Below the pieces are notes generated by a model. That model searched no databases. It was not told where the DNA came from and worked only from the letters and a program-made list of their open reading frames with translations. The position numbers and the translations under genes are program-made. Below, in pieces: positions 7,571-16,982 of a stretch of DNA of 18,805 bases (position 1 is its first letter; each line of letters opens with the position of its first letter). The DNA comes from Pedosphaera sp. (lineage in GTDB: Bacteria > Verrucomicrobiota > Verrucomicrobiia > Limisphaerales > SIBH01), in NCBI GenBank assembly GCA_031414955.1, contig JANOQV010000037.1, positions 1 through 18,805 of the forward strand, in the 5' to 3' direction.

Positions 7571-10402
7571 TCACGGCACGAGCACCGCGCGATAGAACCG
7601 GGTCGGATGCTGCGGGGAAGCCGGATCGATGAAGAGATACGGGCTGCTGGGCAGCACCACGTTCGTGAGGTTCAACCAGTTCGTGTTGTTGAGGTCGTTG
7701 CGGTAGTCGATCTGGTAATTGCCGCCGACCGCGCCGACGATGGTCAGGCCCGCATACATGTTCAGACTCAGGAGACTCAGCGTGGCGTTGGCACTGATGA
7801 CCGTCCCCGCCGCGTTGCTCACGACCACGGAATAAACCCCGGCCTGGCTCGCGTTCAGACTGCTCAAGGTCAGCGTCGCGCCGGTCACGCCGACGAGGTT
7901 CGTGCCGTTCAAGCGCCACTGGTAGGACAGGCCGCCGCCGGTCGCGCCGACACTCAAGGTCACCATGCCGTTCGCCGCCGCCGTCACATTCACGGGCTGA
8001 TTCGTGATGGCGGGTGGAGCGACGACCGTCAGCGGGGTGCTCGCGGCCAGGTTCCCCGCCGTCGCCGTGATCGTGCTGCTGCCGACGCTCAAGCCCGTGG
8101 CCAGACCGTTCGCGTTGAGGCTGGCGACCGCCGGGCTGCCACTGCTCCAGATGACTTCATTGGGCGCTGTGAAAATTTCGAGCGCCGAGGAGTAGGTGTT
8201 GTTGTATCCGCTGGCGGCAAAGATTTTACCGCTGCCTTCATCCGCCGCCACGGCCATCTGACGGCGGCCGGTCGGCAGCGGCGCAAAGTTGGTATGCCAG
8301 GCGTTCAACGCCGGGTCATAGGCGAAGACTCTTTGCTCCGGACTCGGTCCGGCCCCGATGGAAAACAATTTTCCATTCAGGACCACGCCCTCGCCGTTGC
8401 CATTTGTGAAGGGCATCGGGGCATTCGTGGCCCAGGTATTCACAATCGGATCGTAAGCATGAGTCGCAGTGGTCGGCCCGGAAGTATCCGAGCCGCCGGC
8501 CACATACAATTTCCCGCCGATGGCTCCCACCAATGCACCCAGATGGGCCGTCGGCATCGAAGCCTTGGTCGTCCAGGTGTTGCCGGACGGGTCATACTCC
8601 TCGACCCGGTTGAGGGCGGTGGCACCTGCGACGGTGGTGCCGCCGACGGCATAGATTTTCCCGTTCAGCGCCGCCGCTCCGAGGGCGTAACGCGCCCCCA
8701 AGGGCATGGGCGCGAGCGTGGTCCAGGTGTTCAAGGCCGGATCGTAACGCAACAGCGTGGCGCGGTCGCCGCTGCCGCCCGTGTCGCCGCCGACCAGGTA
8801 AATCTTCCCGTTGAGAACCGCGACGCCCGCGTACTGGCGCAAGTTGAACCCGGTGTCAGGCGGCAGGGGCGCTCCGTCAGACCAGGTGTTGTTGGTCACG
8901 TCGTAAATGCCCAATCGTGCCGTGGCAAAACCGGAGATGGCAAAAAATTTCCCACCGACGAACGCTCCGCCCAATCCGTAGCTCGGGGCCGGAATCGCTG
9001 TGCCACTCGTCCAGACGTTTCCGCCGCCGACGAGCGCGCGCGACGAGCCATCGCTGAAGGTTCCCGTGGCGGTGAACTGAAGATTGCTGGTCACGCCGAT
9101 GACGCGATTCGTCGGCGTCACCGTGAGCGAAACCAAAGCGGGAGCCACGGTGTAGCGCAGCACGAAGGCGTCATTCTGCCCCGCCGTGTTTCCACCGACG
9201 ACAAAGCTGCGCGTCTCGCCCACGACGTAGAGGTCCGTGCCATCGGTGGTGATGCCGTTGGCGATGTCATCCTGCGCGCCGCCGTAAAGCGTGGTTGAAA
9301 GCAGCGCGCCGGTAGCTGAATCCACTTCGAGCACGGCGGCATCAGCGCCACCGGCGGTCGTGCCGCGCGTCGCGCCGACGGCGTAAATCCGCGCGCCGAG
9401 TCCGGCCACGCCGTTCAGGAAATCTTCCGCGCTGTTCCGGTCGTATTGCTGCGACCACGATAAGTTGCCGGCCTCGTCCCATTTATCGACGAGGAAATTG
9501 GCCGCCGCGCCCGCGCCGACCTGGCCGACGGCGAAGATCGATCCGTCCAGCGTGGTGACGCCGATGTACGAGCCGCTCGTCGTCGTGCGCGACCAGAGGA
9601 GGTTGCCATTGGAGTCATACTTCCGCAGGTAAGCCTTGACGCCGCTGTCTGAGTTGACCCCCGAGACGTAGATGTTGCCATTGAGCAGCGCGAGTCCGCG
9701 ACCGACGCTGTAAGCGTTGCCGACCATGCTCGCGGAATCGTCCCGGGTCCACACCACGGTTCCATTCGTGTTGAGTTTGGAGACGAAGAGCCGTCCGCCG
9801 TTGGCGCCGTTCACCTGGCCGCTGCCAGTCACATAGACAAAGTTGGTGCCGCCTTCGCTGGTGACGAGCGAAGCCCATAAGCCTTCGCCTCCTCCGTAAC
9901 CAAATGCGCCCGGGGCCGCTGGAGTCTGCCGATCCCAGACCGAGCCGCCGAAGCCTCCGCCTGTCGCGCCGGTGAGCGGGAATCGGACGGTGATGCCTTT
10001 ATTCTCCTTGCCGCCGACGGTGTCGCTGGTGCGCCCGAAACTGCCGCCCGCGACATAGATTGCATCTGCCGAAGCGGCCACGCCGTTGAAGTCGTCGCCG
10101 CCGGCCAGCGCCGGCCAGATTGCGCTCCAGACCGGCGCGGCGTTGTTCACGGTCGGCAACGCATAGCGGCCCACAAGGCCGTCGCCGCTATTCGCCGAAC
10201 TAACCCCCGAGAAATACAGCGCGCCGCTGGAGACGCCGACCGCCGTGGCGCGCTGGTCGCCCGCGCCGCCGAAGTGATTTGTCGCGGCGAGGGCAAGGGT
10301 TTGGGCCTGCGCCGTGGCAGTACCGATCAAAGCGCCGACGAGCACCAGCGAAGGAATGAGGCGTCGTTTTACGAAACCGAATAGTGAGCTGTTATTTTTC
10401 AT
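7571..10402 (-). CDS. Large secreted multidomain protein: signal peptide, SBBP-like beta-propeller, Big_2 domain with an inserted 6-blade Kelch propeller, Ig-like domain, C-terminal RFYR tail
   Basis: AGGAG RBS before ATG 10402; signal peptide MKNNSS...GTATAQA. Propeller blades (YVTG...KLNTNGTVVW, KYDSNGNLLW, KWDEAGNLSW) and Kelch repeats (GKIYLVGG...YDPALNTWT) follow. Big_2 halves are SLTVTP...QFTATGTFSDG and VIWSS...GLATG...TITAT; the Ig domain is PAITNQP...YQWRLNG...AGVYSVVVSN. Confidence 0.92.
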   Translation of the reverse strand: MKNNSSLFGFVKRRLIPSLVLVGALIGTATAQAQTLALAATNHFGGAGDQRATAVGVSSGALYFSGVSSANSGDGLVGRYALPTVNNAAPVWSAIWPALAGGDDFNGVAASADAIYVAGGSFGRTSDTVGGKENKGITVRFPLTGATGGGFGGSVWDRQTPAAPGAFGYGGGEGLWASLVTSEGGTNFVYVTGSGQVNGANGGRLFVSKLNTNGTVVWTRDDSASMVGNAYSVGRGLALLNGNIYVSGVNSDSGVKAYLRKYDSNGNLLWSRTTTSGSYIGVTTLDGSIFAVGQVGAGAAANFLVDKWDEAGNLSWSQQYDRNSAEDFLNGVAGLGARIYAVGATRGTTAGGADAAVLEVDSATGALLSTTLYGGAQDDIANGITTDGTDLYVVGETRSFVVGGNTAGQNDAFVLRYTVAPALVSLTVTPTNRVIGVTSNLQFTATGTFSDGSSRALVGGGNVWTSGTAIPAPSYGLGGAFVGGKFFAISGFATARLGIYDVTNNTWSDGAPLPPDTGFNLRQYAGVAVLNGKIYLVGGDTGGSGDRATLLRYDPALNTWTTLAPMPLGARYALGAAALNGKIYAVGGTTVAGATALNRVEEYDPSGNTWTTKASMPTAHLGALVGAIGGKLYVAGGSDTSGPTTATHAYDPIVNTWATNAPMPFTNGNGEGVVLNGKLFSIGAGPSPEQRVFAYDPALNAWHTNFAPLPTGRRQMAVAADEGSGKIFAASGYNNTYSSALEIFTAPNEVIWSSGSPAVASLNANGLATGLSVGSSTITATAGNLAASTPLTVVAPPAITNQPVNVTAAANGMVTLSVGATGGGLSYQWRLNGTNLVGVTGATLTLSSLNASQAGVYSVVVSNAAGTVISANATLSLLSLNMYAGLTIVGAVGGNYQIDYRNDLNNTNWLNLTNVVLPSSPYLFIDPASPQHPTRFYRAVLVP

Positions 10403-10502
10403 GATTTTGTCTCCTGCAAACGGACGGAACACGTTTTGTTAAATGCTTTTGCTTTTGCGGCTGCCTTCCGCATTCGCGGCGCAGCCTCTTCTTTCCAACG
10501 CT

Positions 10503-10530
10503 TACAACAGGAAGCGGAGTGAACTCTTAC
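10503..10530 (-). promoter_or_regulatory. Putative ECF1 promoter copy A, GTAAGAGTTC-N8-TCCTGTTGTA, upstream of the secreted-protein gene
   Basis: Identical 10-mer and 7-mer with identical 8-nt spacing recur at 14624-14648, upstream of the kinase on the same strand. Confidence 0.75.
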
Positions 10531-10545
10531 GAAGATTGTTTTCCC

Positions 10546-13500
10546 TCATCGCTGCAGCAACACCCTGGGCGGCGCGCTCCAGTGGTCCGCGACCGGATCG
10601 TAGATCATCAAGTCGCCGTGCGGCAGGGGCGGCTTCACGGTCCAGCCGCCCACGACGTGCAGCTTGCCGTTTACGAATTGCGCACCACTGCCCTGATAGC
10701 GGCCGGCCGGGATGGGCGCGAGCACAGTCCAGGTATTCGACCCGGGATGGTAGGCGAAGAGGGTGGTTTCTGGTTCCGACGAGAATTGCCCGCTCGCGAC
10801 GTAGAGACGTCCGTTTAAGGCGGCGATGAAGAAGTTCGCGCGGGGTTGAGGCAGCGGCGCCCGGGTCGTCCACCCCGCGCCGGGAGTGAACGCTTCCACA
10901 GTGGTCAGGTAATTGTACCCTTGATGGCCGCCCACGGCGTAGAGCGTGCCGTCCACCACCGCCGCGCCCAAGCCGGACCGGGGCGTGGGCAGCGGGGCCT
11001 CGGTCTGCCACGAATCGGTCGCCGGATCGTATGATTCCACCACTGCCAGCGTGTTGGTGCTGGTGCCCAGCTCTCCACCCAGCACATACAGCCGGTTGTT
11101 CAGGACGGCACTGCCCATGGCGCTGCGCCCCGTGGGCAGCGGCGCTTTCGTGGTCCAAAGATCGAGAGCGGGGTCATAGACGTCGAGCCGGCGGCTGGCC
11201 AGGTCGGTGCCGTCCCCTCCTCCGGCGACATGGAGCCGGCCCGCGATTACTCCGGAAGCGGCCCGGGTATGAACCGATGGCGAGGGAGCCAGGGCACGCC
11301 AGACGTTTCGCGCCGGGTCGTATCCATGCAGAAGTTTCCTGGCTCCGCCGCTGTAACCATCCAGAGGCGTGGTGACGTAGAGTTGGCCGTCAATGGTCTC
11401 GCTCGAGCCGCCGTTGCTGCGCGTGGGCATGTCCGCCGGACAATCGGCCACTTCTTCGCGCACTTGCTGGATCTCCGGCGACCGCGAATCAGAGGCCACA
11501 GCCAGACGGCTGAACCAATCCGCTTCGTTCCAGTGGCGCGGATTTAATTTGGCCGGCTCGGCCAACAAGCGCCGCGCCAAGGCGGCGAGCGCCGGCGCGT
11601 TGGTGGGAGACCAGCGCACCGCTTCCTCCAGTCCGGCGAGGTGATTTTCTCTCACCCGCACCCGCACATCGTCCTCCACGCTCCGGGGCCATGCCGCCCG
11701 TGTTGCCGACTGGCCGCGTCCGGAAAGCAGTGAGCGGATCAATTGCGCGCCGCTCTTCGTGCCCCACGCTGGCGCCGGTTGAATCTGTAACCCAGCCCAC
11801 TCGCCGGCGGGCACGGGTCTGAGCTCGCCCTTGGCGTTCAGCCGGTGGCCGGCCAGGTTTTCCGCCAGGGCCGCCAACCCTGGCGGTGCGGGCCAGGGCA
11901 CCTGCGGCAATTCCCAAATGCGAACCGCGGTGTGGCGATTGTTCAGCCGACAGACGGTTAGCAGGCGCGTGGCATCCGGGCTGAACTCGGCGTGGGCCAC
12001 CGCCGTCTCGTGAACCAAGGCCCCGCTTAACGCGTGGCCCGTCCTCGTGTCGATCACGCGGACGGACTTGCCGTCCAGCACCAGCGAGAAGGGCAGAAGC
12101 TCGGATGAAGTGGCGGAAGCATTGGGGGCCGCCGCTTCGGACAGGCGTTGGCCCGAACTGATGTCCCACTGCTGGGCCACGCCATTTGTGCCCACAGTGA
12201 TCAAGGCGCGGCCATCCGCGCTGAGGTGCGCCGTGTGCGCAGACACGATCAAGCGCAGCGGCTCGCCGGGCGGCCGGCCCGGATGCACCTCCAGCACTCG
12301 CGCCTCGTTGGGTTGGGAGGCGACGAGCACGCGCACCGCTCCTTGGAAAAACTGCGCGGCCAGCACGCGGCTTTCAAACCGCTGCACGGTCCCGATCAGT
12401 TCGCCACTCCGCGAAGACCACACTCGCACCGTGTCATCATCGGCCACGGTGAGGACGCGCAAACCTTCCGGGCTGAATTCCATCGAGCGCACGCGCGCGC
12501 TGTGTCGCAGCACTCCGGCGAGCGGCAACTCGTTCCAAACATTCCACAGCCACACGTTCACCCCGTCCTCCAGGCTGGCGAGGTGCTGCCCGTCCGGGCT
12601 GAAAGTGGCGGACCGGACCGGAGCCAGGTGCTGCATGGGCTGGGTCAGTGGCGCGCCCGAACGGGCGTCCCAAACGCGGGCGGTTCCATCATCGCACGCC
12701 GTGACCAAGGCTTCTCCATCCGGGCTGAATTGCGCGGCACGATTGAATGACAGGTGCGTGATGCCCTTGGTCTGCGGCAATCCGGTGCGCAAATCCCAGA
12801 CCCACGCCGAATAACCGTAGGACGCTGTCACCAGCCGCTGTCCATCCGGGCTGAAATCGGAATCGAGCACCAGGGCGTGATCCGTGAGCCGTTCCGTGAT
12901 GGGCTGGCCGTCGTCCACGTTCCACACCCGCACTCCGCCCTCCATGGGCGCGGCATCCACGATTACGATGCGCCGTCCATCGCGGCTGAAGCGGGCCCCG
13001 CGAACGGGACCGCCCGGTTGCACCACGAGCAGTAGACGACCGTCGCTGACGGCCCAGACATGAACTGAATTGGTGGCGAGAATCATCAGGCGCTCGCCAT
13101 CCGCGCTGAACATGGCGCTGCGCAGCTTGTCGGGATGACTCAATGTTGGCGTCAACGGCCCTCCGGTTTCCGCATCCCAGACGCGCGCGAGGTTCGAGGA
13201 GAGGGTCACCACGCGCCGCCCGTCGGCGCTGAAGGACGCGGCCCGCACCGTGTCGTCGAGCCACAGTGCTGCTCCGAGCGGCACGGGCAGGTCGCGCTGC
13301 GCCAGGGCGAACATCAATCGCTCGGCGGCCAGGCGATTGGTCGGATGCGAGCGCAACACCTGGCCAAGTCCCGCCAGCGCGCGGGCGGATAGATCGGTGG
13401 CAAACCATTCCTCGATGCGCTGGAGTTCGATCAGGTCCAGTCGTTCCTCGGCGAGTTGGCGCTGACCTTGTTCGGCCTGGCGCGCGGAAGCGATGCGCAG

Positions 13501-14601
13501 CGCAGCCCGCGTGGACGTGAATGCGACCGCCAGCAGCAGCAGGCCAACCGTGATGGTCAGGCCCGCCACCGCCGGATGGCGCCGGCTCCAGCGCCACGCT
13601 TTTTCCGCCGCGCCGACGGGGCGGGCGTGGATTGGTTTGCCGCGCAGGAAGCGCCCGAGATCCTCGGCGAGTTCGCGCGCCGTGGCGTAGCGACGAGGCG
13701 GCTCTTTCGCGAGACACTTGAGGCAAATGATTTCCAGATCGCGCGGTGTGCCGGCATTGAGCAGGCGCGGGGGCGCGGGTTCCAGTTCCCTCACCTGGCG
13801 CAGCGTTTCCTCCAGCGTCCCGGCGGCAAACGGGGGGCGGCCGGTGAGCAGTTGATAAAGAATCGCACCCAGCGAATAGACATCGCTCGCCGCGCCGATG
13901 GCCTCGCGGCGACCGGTCGCTTGTTCCGGCGACATGAAGCTCGGCGTGCCGAGCACCTGCCCGGACACGGTCAGTTCCGAGCCGCCCCCGAGGCGCTTGG
14001 CCAGGCCAAAGTCCGTGACGTGCGGCTGATCACGTTCGTCGATGAGCACGTTCGATGGCTTGAGATCGCGGTGCAGGGTGCCTTGCTCGTGCGCGTATTG
14101 GATGGCGGCGGCGATGGTCCGCGTGTATTCGGCGGCCCGGCGCGGGGGCAAGGGTTGATCGCGGACCACCTCGGCCAGGTTTTTCCCCTCGATGTATTCC
14201 ATCGAGAAGTAGTGCCGGCCCTGGTGCTCGCCGATTTCGTAAATGGCGACAATGTTCGGGTGCCGGAGATTGGCGGCCGCTTCCGCCTCGGTGCGGAAGC
14301 GCTTCACGTCGTCTTCGCTCGCGAGCGCGCCGTTGAGAATCATTTTCAGCGCGACGATGCGATTGAGGCTCACCTGGCGCGCCGCATACACCACGCCCAT
14401 GCCGCCGCGGGCAATCTCCTCGATCAGCTCATAATCGCCAAAGTAGCGCACCCGGCGAGGATCGATCCCTTGATCGGAGGAAGGCGGCCCCGGGCTGACG
14501 GCGGGCGCAAAGGCTGCGCCGGCCACGCACCTGGGGCAAAGTCCACCCAGGCCCGCGCCGGCCAGGCGCGCGCCGCACTTCGTGCAGTTTGATCCGATCA
14601 C
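10546..14601 (-). CDS. Membrane Hanks-type Ser/Thr protein kinase with N-terminal CxxC/CxxC ribbon, TM helix, ~11 WD40 repeats, helical linker and C-terminal 6-blade Kelch propeller
   Basis: Kinase motifs [38 protein letters not shown] and SDVYSLG; TM segment [23 protein letters not shown]...VWD repeats; Kelch GG...YDP...W repeats. Likely start is GTG 14601 (GGGGA 8 nt upstream). The ORF-track extension to 15009 overlaps the sigma gene. Confidence 0.93.
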   Translation of the reverse strand: MIGSNCTKCGARLAGAGLGGLCPRCVAGAAFAPAVSPGPPSSDQGIDPRRVRYFGDYELIEEIARGGMGVVYAARQVSLNRIVALKMILNGALASEDDVKRFRTEAEAAANLRHPNIVAIYEIGEHQGRHYFSMEYIEGKNLAEVVRDQPLPPRRAAEYTRTIAAAIQYAHEQGTLHRDLKPSNVLIDERDQPHVTDFGLAKRLGGGSELTVSGQVLGTPSFMSPEQATGRREAIGAASDVYSLGAILYQLLTGRPPFAAGTLEETLRQVRELEPAPPRLLNAGTPRDLEIICLKCLAKEPPRRYATARELAEDLGRFLRGKPIHARPVGAAEKAWRWSRRHPAVAGLTITVGLLLLAVAFTSTRAALRIASARQAEQGQRQLAEERLDLIELQRIEEWFATDLSARALAGLGQVLRSHPTNRLAAERLMFALAQRDLPVPLGAALWLDDTVRAASFSADGRRVVTLSSNLARVWDAETGGPLTPTLSHPDKLRSAMFSADGERLMILATNSVHVWAVSDGRLLLVVQPGGPVRGARFSRDGRRIVIVDAAPMEGGVRVWNVDDGQPITERLTDHALVLDSDFSPDGQRLVTASYGYSAWVWDLRTGLPQTKGITHLSFNRAAQFSPDGEALVTACDDGTARVWDARSGAPLTQPMQHLAPVRSATFSPDGQHLASLEDGVNVWLWNVWNELPLAGVLRHSARVRSMEFSPEGLRVLTVADDDTVRVWSSRSGELIGTVQRFESRVLAAQFFQGAVRVLVASQPNEARVLEVHPGRPPGEPLRLIVSAHTAHLSADGRALITVGTNGVAQQWDISSGQRLSEAAAPNASATSSELLPFSLVLDGKSVRVIDTRTGHALSGALVHETAVAHAEFSPDATRLLTVCRLNNRHTAVRIWELPQVPWPAPPGLAALAENLAGHRLNAKGELRPVPAGEWAGLQIQPAPAWGTKSGAQLIRSLLSGRGQSATRAAWPRSVEDDVRVRVRENHLAGLEEAVRWSPTNAPALAALARRLLAEPAKLNPRHWNEADWFSRLAVASDSRSPEIQQVREEVADCPADMPTRSNGGSSETIDGQLYVTTPLDGYSGGARKLLHGYDPARNVWRALAPSPSVHTRAASGVIAGRLHVAGGGDGTDLASRRLDVYDPALDLWTTKAPLPTGRSAMGSAVLNNRLYVLGGELGTSTNTLAVVESYDPATDSWQTEAPLPTPRSGLGAAVVDGTLYAVGGHQGYNYLTTVEAFTPGAGWTTRAPLPQPRANFFIAALNGRLYVASGQFSSEPETTLFAYHPGSNTWTVLAPIPAGRYQGSGAQFVNGKLHVVGGWTVKPPLPHGDLMIYDPVADHWSAPPRVLLQR

Positions 14602-14620
14602 ATTGGTTGTCCCCACTTGA

Positions 14621-14648
14621 TAGAACAGGATTGCGGGCGAACTCTTAC
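14621..14648 (-). promoter_or_regulatory. Putative ECF1 promoter copy B, GTAAGAGTTC-N8-TCCTGTTCTA, between the sigma stop and the kinase start
   Basis: Matches copy A at 10503-10530; begins 6 nt after the ECF1 stop codon. Confidence 0.75.
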
Positions 14649-14654
14649 ACGACT

Positions 14655-15404
14655 TCAGCGGCTCAGGATGGCCTGCAAGTCCCGCAGTTCGTCGTCCACC
14701 TGCTCCGGCGTCCCGACGGTCTCGGCGATTTCGCGGCGCAAGGCTTCCCGGTATCGCTGCCGGAGACGATGGACGGCCACGGCCACCGCGCCCGCGCTCG
14801 TGTTCAGTTCGCGCGCCGCCTCCTTGTAGTCGCCGTGGCTCACGTCGCCTTCGAGAAATGTTTTCAGCCCCTCGAACTGCGCGAGCTTGCCGGCGGTCTC
14901 GAATTCGCCGCGCACCCGCGCAAAGGCGCGCTCCAGCAACGTGAGCGCCCAGCGACGGTCGAAAATATCCTCGGCTGTTTCCGTCGCGGCCGGCTCCGCG
15001 CCCAGCCATTCCTCGGTGTCATTCGCATCCAGGGGAACGAACGCCACGCCGCCGCCACGCTTCTGCGCGCTGGCTCGCTCGTGTTCGTTGACCAGGAAGT
15101 TATTGAGCGAGGCGAGCAGGAAGGACCGGAATTTGCCCTGGTCGCGGCGGACGTAGCCGAGAAAATCTTGCGCGAGAAGATGGGTGATGAAGGCCTGGGT
15201 CAAATCCTGGGCATCGTGCTGGCCGTAACCCCGGCGACGGAGGTAGGTGTAGAGCGGCGGCCAATAAGTGCGGCAGAGGGCTTCGAGCGCCGCGGTGGCC
15301 TGGGGTGAGCTTTCGCGGGCGGAAAGCACCACGCTCCAGTGCGTGGTCGTGAACCAACGCTGCTGATCATCAGGTTCCGGCGGACGCTGCGTGTCTAACG
15401 GCAT
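14655..15404 (-). CDS. ECF-type sigma-70 factor (Ser/Thr kinase-associated type), here called ECF1
   Basis: N-terminal FTTTHWSVV; region 2 [10 protein letters not shown]...[10 protein letters not shown]...GKFRSFL; region 4 [25 protein letters not shown]. It lies directly upstream of a kinase, with no anti-sigma gene. Confidence 0.93.
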   Translation of the reverse strand: MPLDTQRPPEPDDQQRWFTTTHWSVVLSARESSPQATAALEALCRTYWPPLYTYLRRRGYGQHDAQDLTQAFITHLLAQDFLGYVRRDQGKFRSFLLASLNNFLVNEHERASAQKRGGGVAFVPLDANDTEEWLGAEPAATETAEDIFDRRWALTLLERAFARVRGEFETAGKLAQFEGLKTFLEGDVSHGDYKEAARELNTSAGAVAVAVHRLRQRYREALRREIAETVGTPEQVDDELRDLQAILSR

Positions 15405-15428
15405 GGCACAGGGATTTGAACGGCGGTG

Positions 15429-15456
15429 AGCTTAGGGTGGGCCGGGAGAGATACAA
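15429..15456 (-). promoter_or_regulatory. Possible housekeeping sigma70 promoter for ECF1, TTGTAT-N16-TAAGCT
   Basis: Consensus-like hexamers 24 nt upstream of ATG 15404. No copy of the ECF1 motif is present here. Confidence 0.4.
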
Positions 15457-15484
15457 GCGCCCGTTCGGGGACCAGCGAGGCCGC

Positions 15485-15524
15485 GGATTGAGGATTGAAG
15501 ATTGATGATTGGAGAATGAAGATT
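15485..15524 (+). repeat. Degenerate 7-bp tandem repeat (AAGATTG-like, ~6 units)
   Basis: GGATTG AGGATTG AAGATTG ATGATTG GAGAATG AAGATT immediately upstream of trpB. Confidence 0.7.
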
Positions 15525-15529
15525 CACCC

Positions 15530-16732
<1,203 letters not shown>

Positions 16733-16784
16733 GGCGGCGCAAACAGGCTCGCGCAGGAGGGCGCAACTCGACACCCGCACCACT

Positions 16785-16897
16785 CGGAGCGCGGGCTTTC
16801 CAGCCCGCAGCGATGTGGTAGGTCGAAAAGCGCCGGCGAGAGCGGAAGCAGTCAAGTCATTGACTGCCTTGCTGCGGACTGGAAAGTCCGCGCTCCG
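16785..16897. repeat. REP-like inverted doublet (REPIN/BIME-like)
   Basis: CGGAGCGCGGGCTTTCCAGCCCGCAGC (16785-16811) and its inverted copy GCTGCGGACTGGAAAGTCCGCGCTCCG (16871-16897) match at 25/27 positions. Each has a 5' GGAG and an internal hairpin. Confidence 0.8.
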
Positions 16898-16947
16898 GTG
16901 CTGGTGTCGAATCGCGCCCCGCGCGGGAGCTCCGGCCGCTCCGGCTT

Positions 16948-16973
16948 TGTAACAACCGGGAAGATTTGCTTAA
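16948..16973 (+). promoter_or_regulatory. Putative ECF2 autoregulatory promoter, TGTAACAA-N11-TGCTTAA
   Basis: The exact bipartite motif recurs at 17747-17772; this copy ends 9 nt before ATG 16983. Confidence 0.78.
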
Positions 16974-16982
16974 TCTCCCTTG

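Noticed and set aside
7433..9298. 621-aa plus-strand ORF overlapping the trpF stop
   Set aside because: Arg/Gly-rich antisense shadow of the secreted-protein gene; no recognisable motifs.
8165..13280. Periodic sequence similarity suggesting a CRISPR array or a DGR template/variable repeat pair
   Set aside because: The periodicity is explained by protein-level WD40 and Kelch repeats. There are no identical nucleotide repeats with spacers, no adenine-specific mismatch pair, and no reverse transcriptase or cas gene.
14602..15009. 136-aa N-terminal extension of kinase 1 in the ORF track
   Set aside because: Overlaps the ECF1 gene in another frame and is low-complexity. An RBS, a promoter motif and the paralog's N-terminus all point to GTG 14601.
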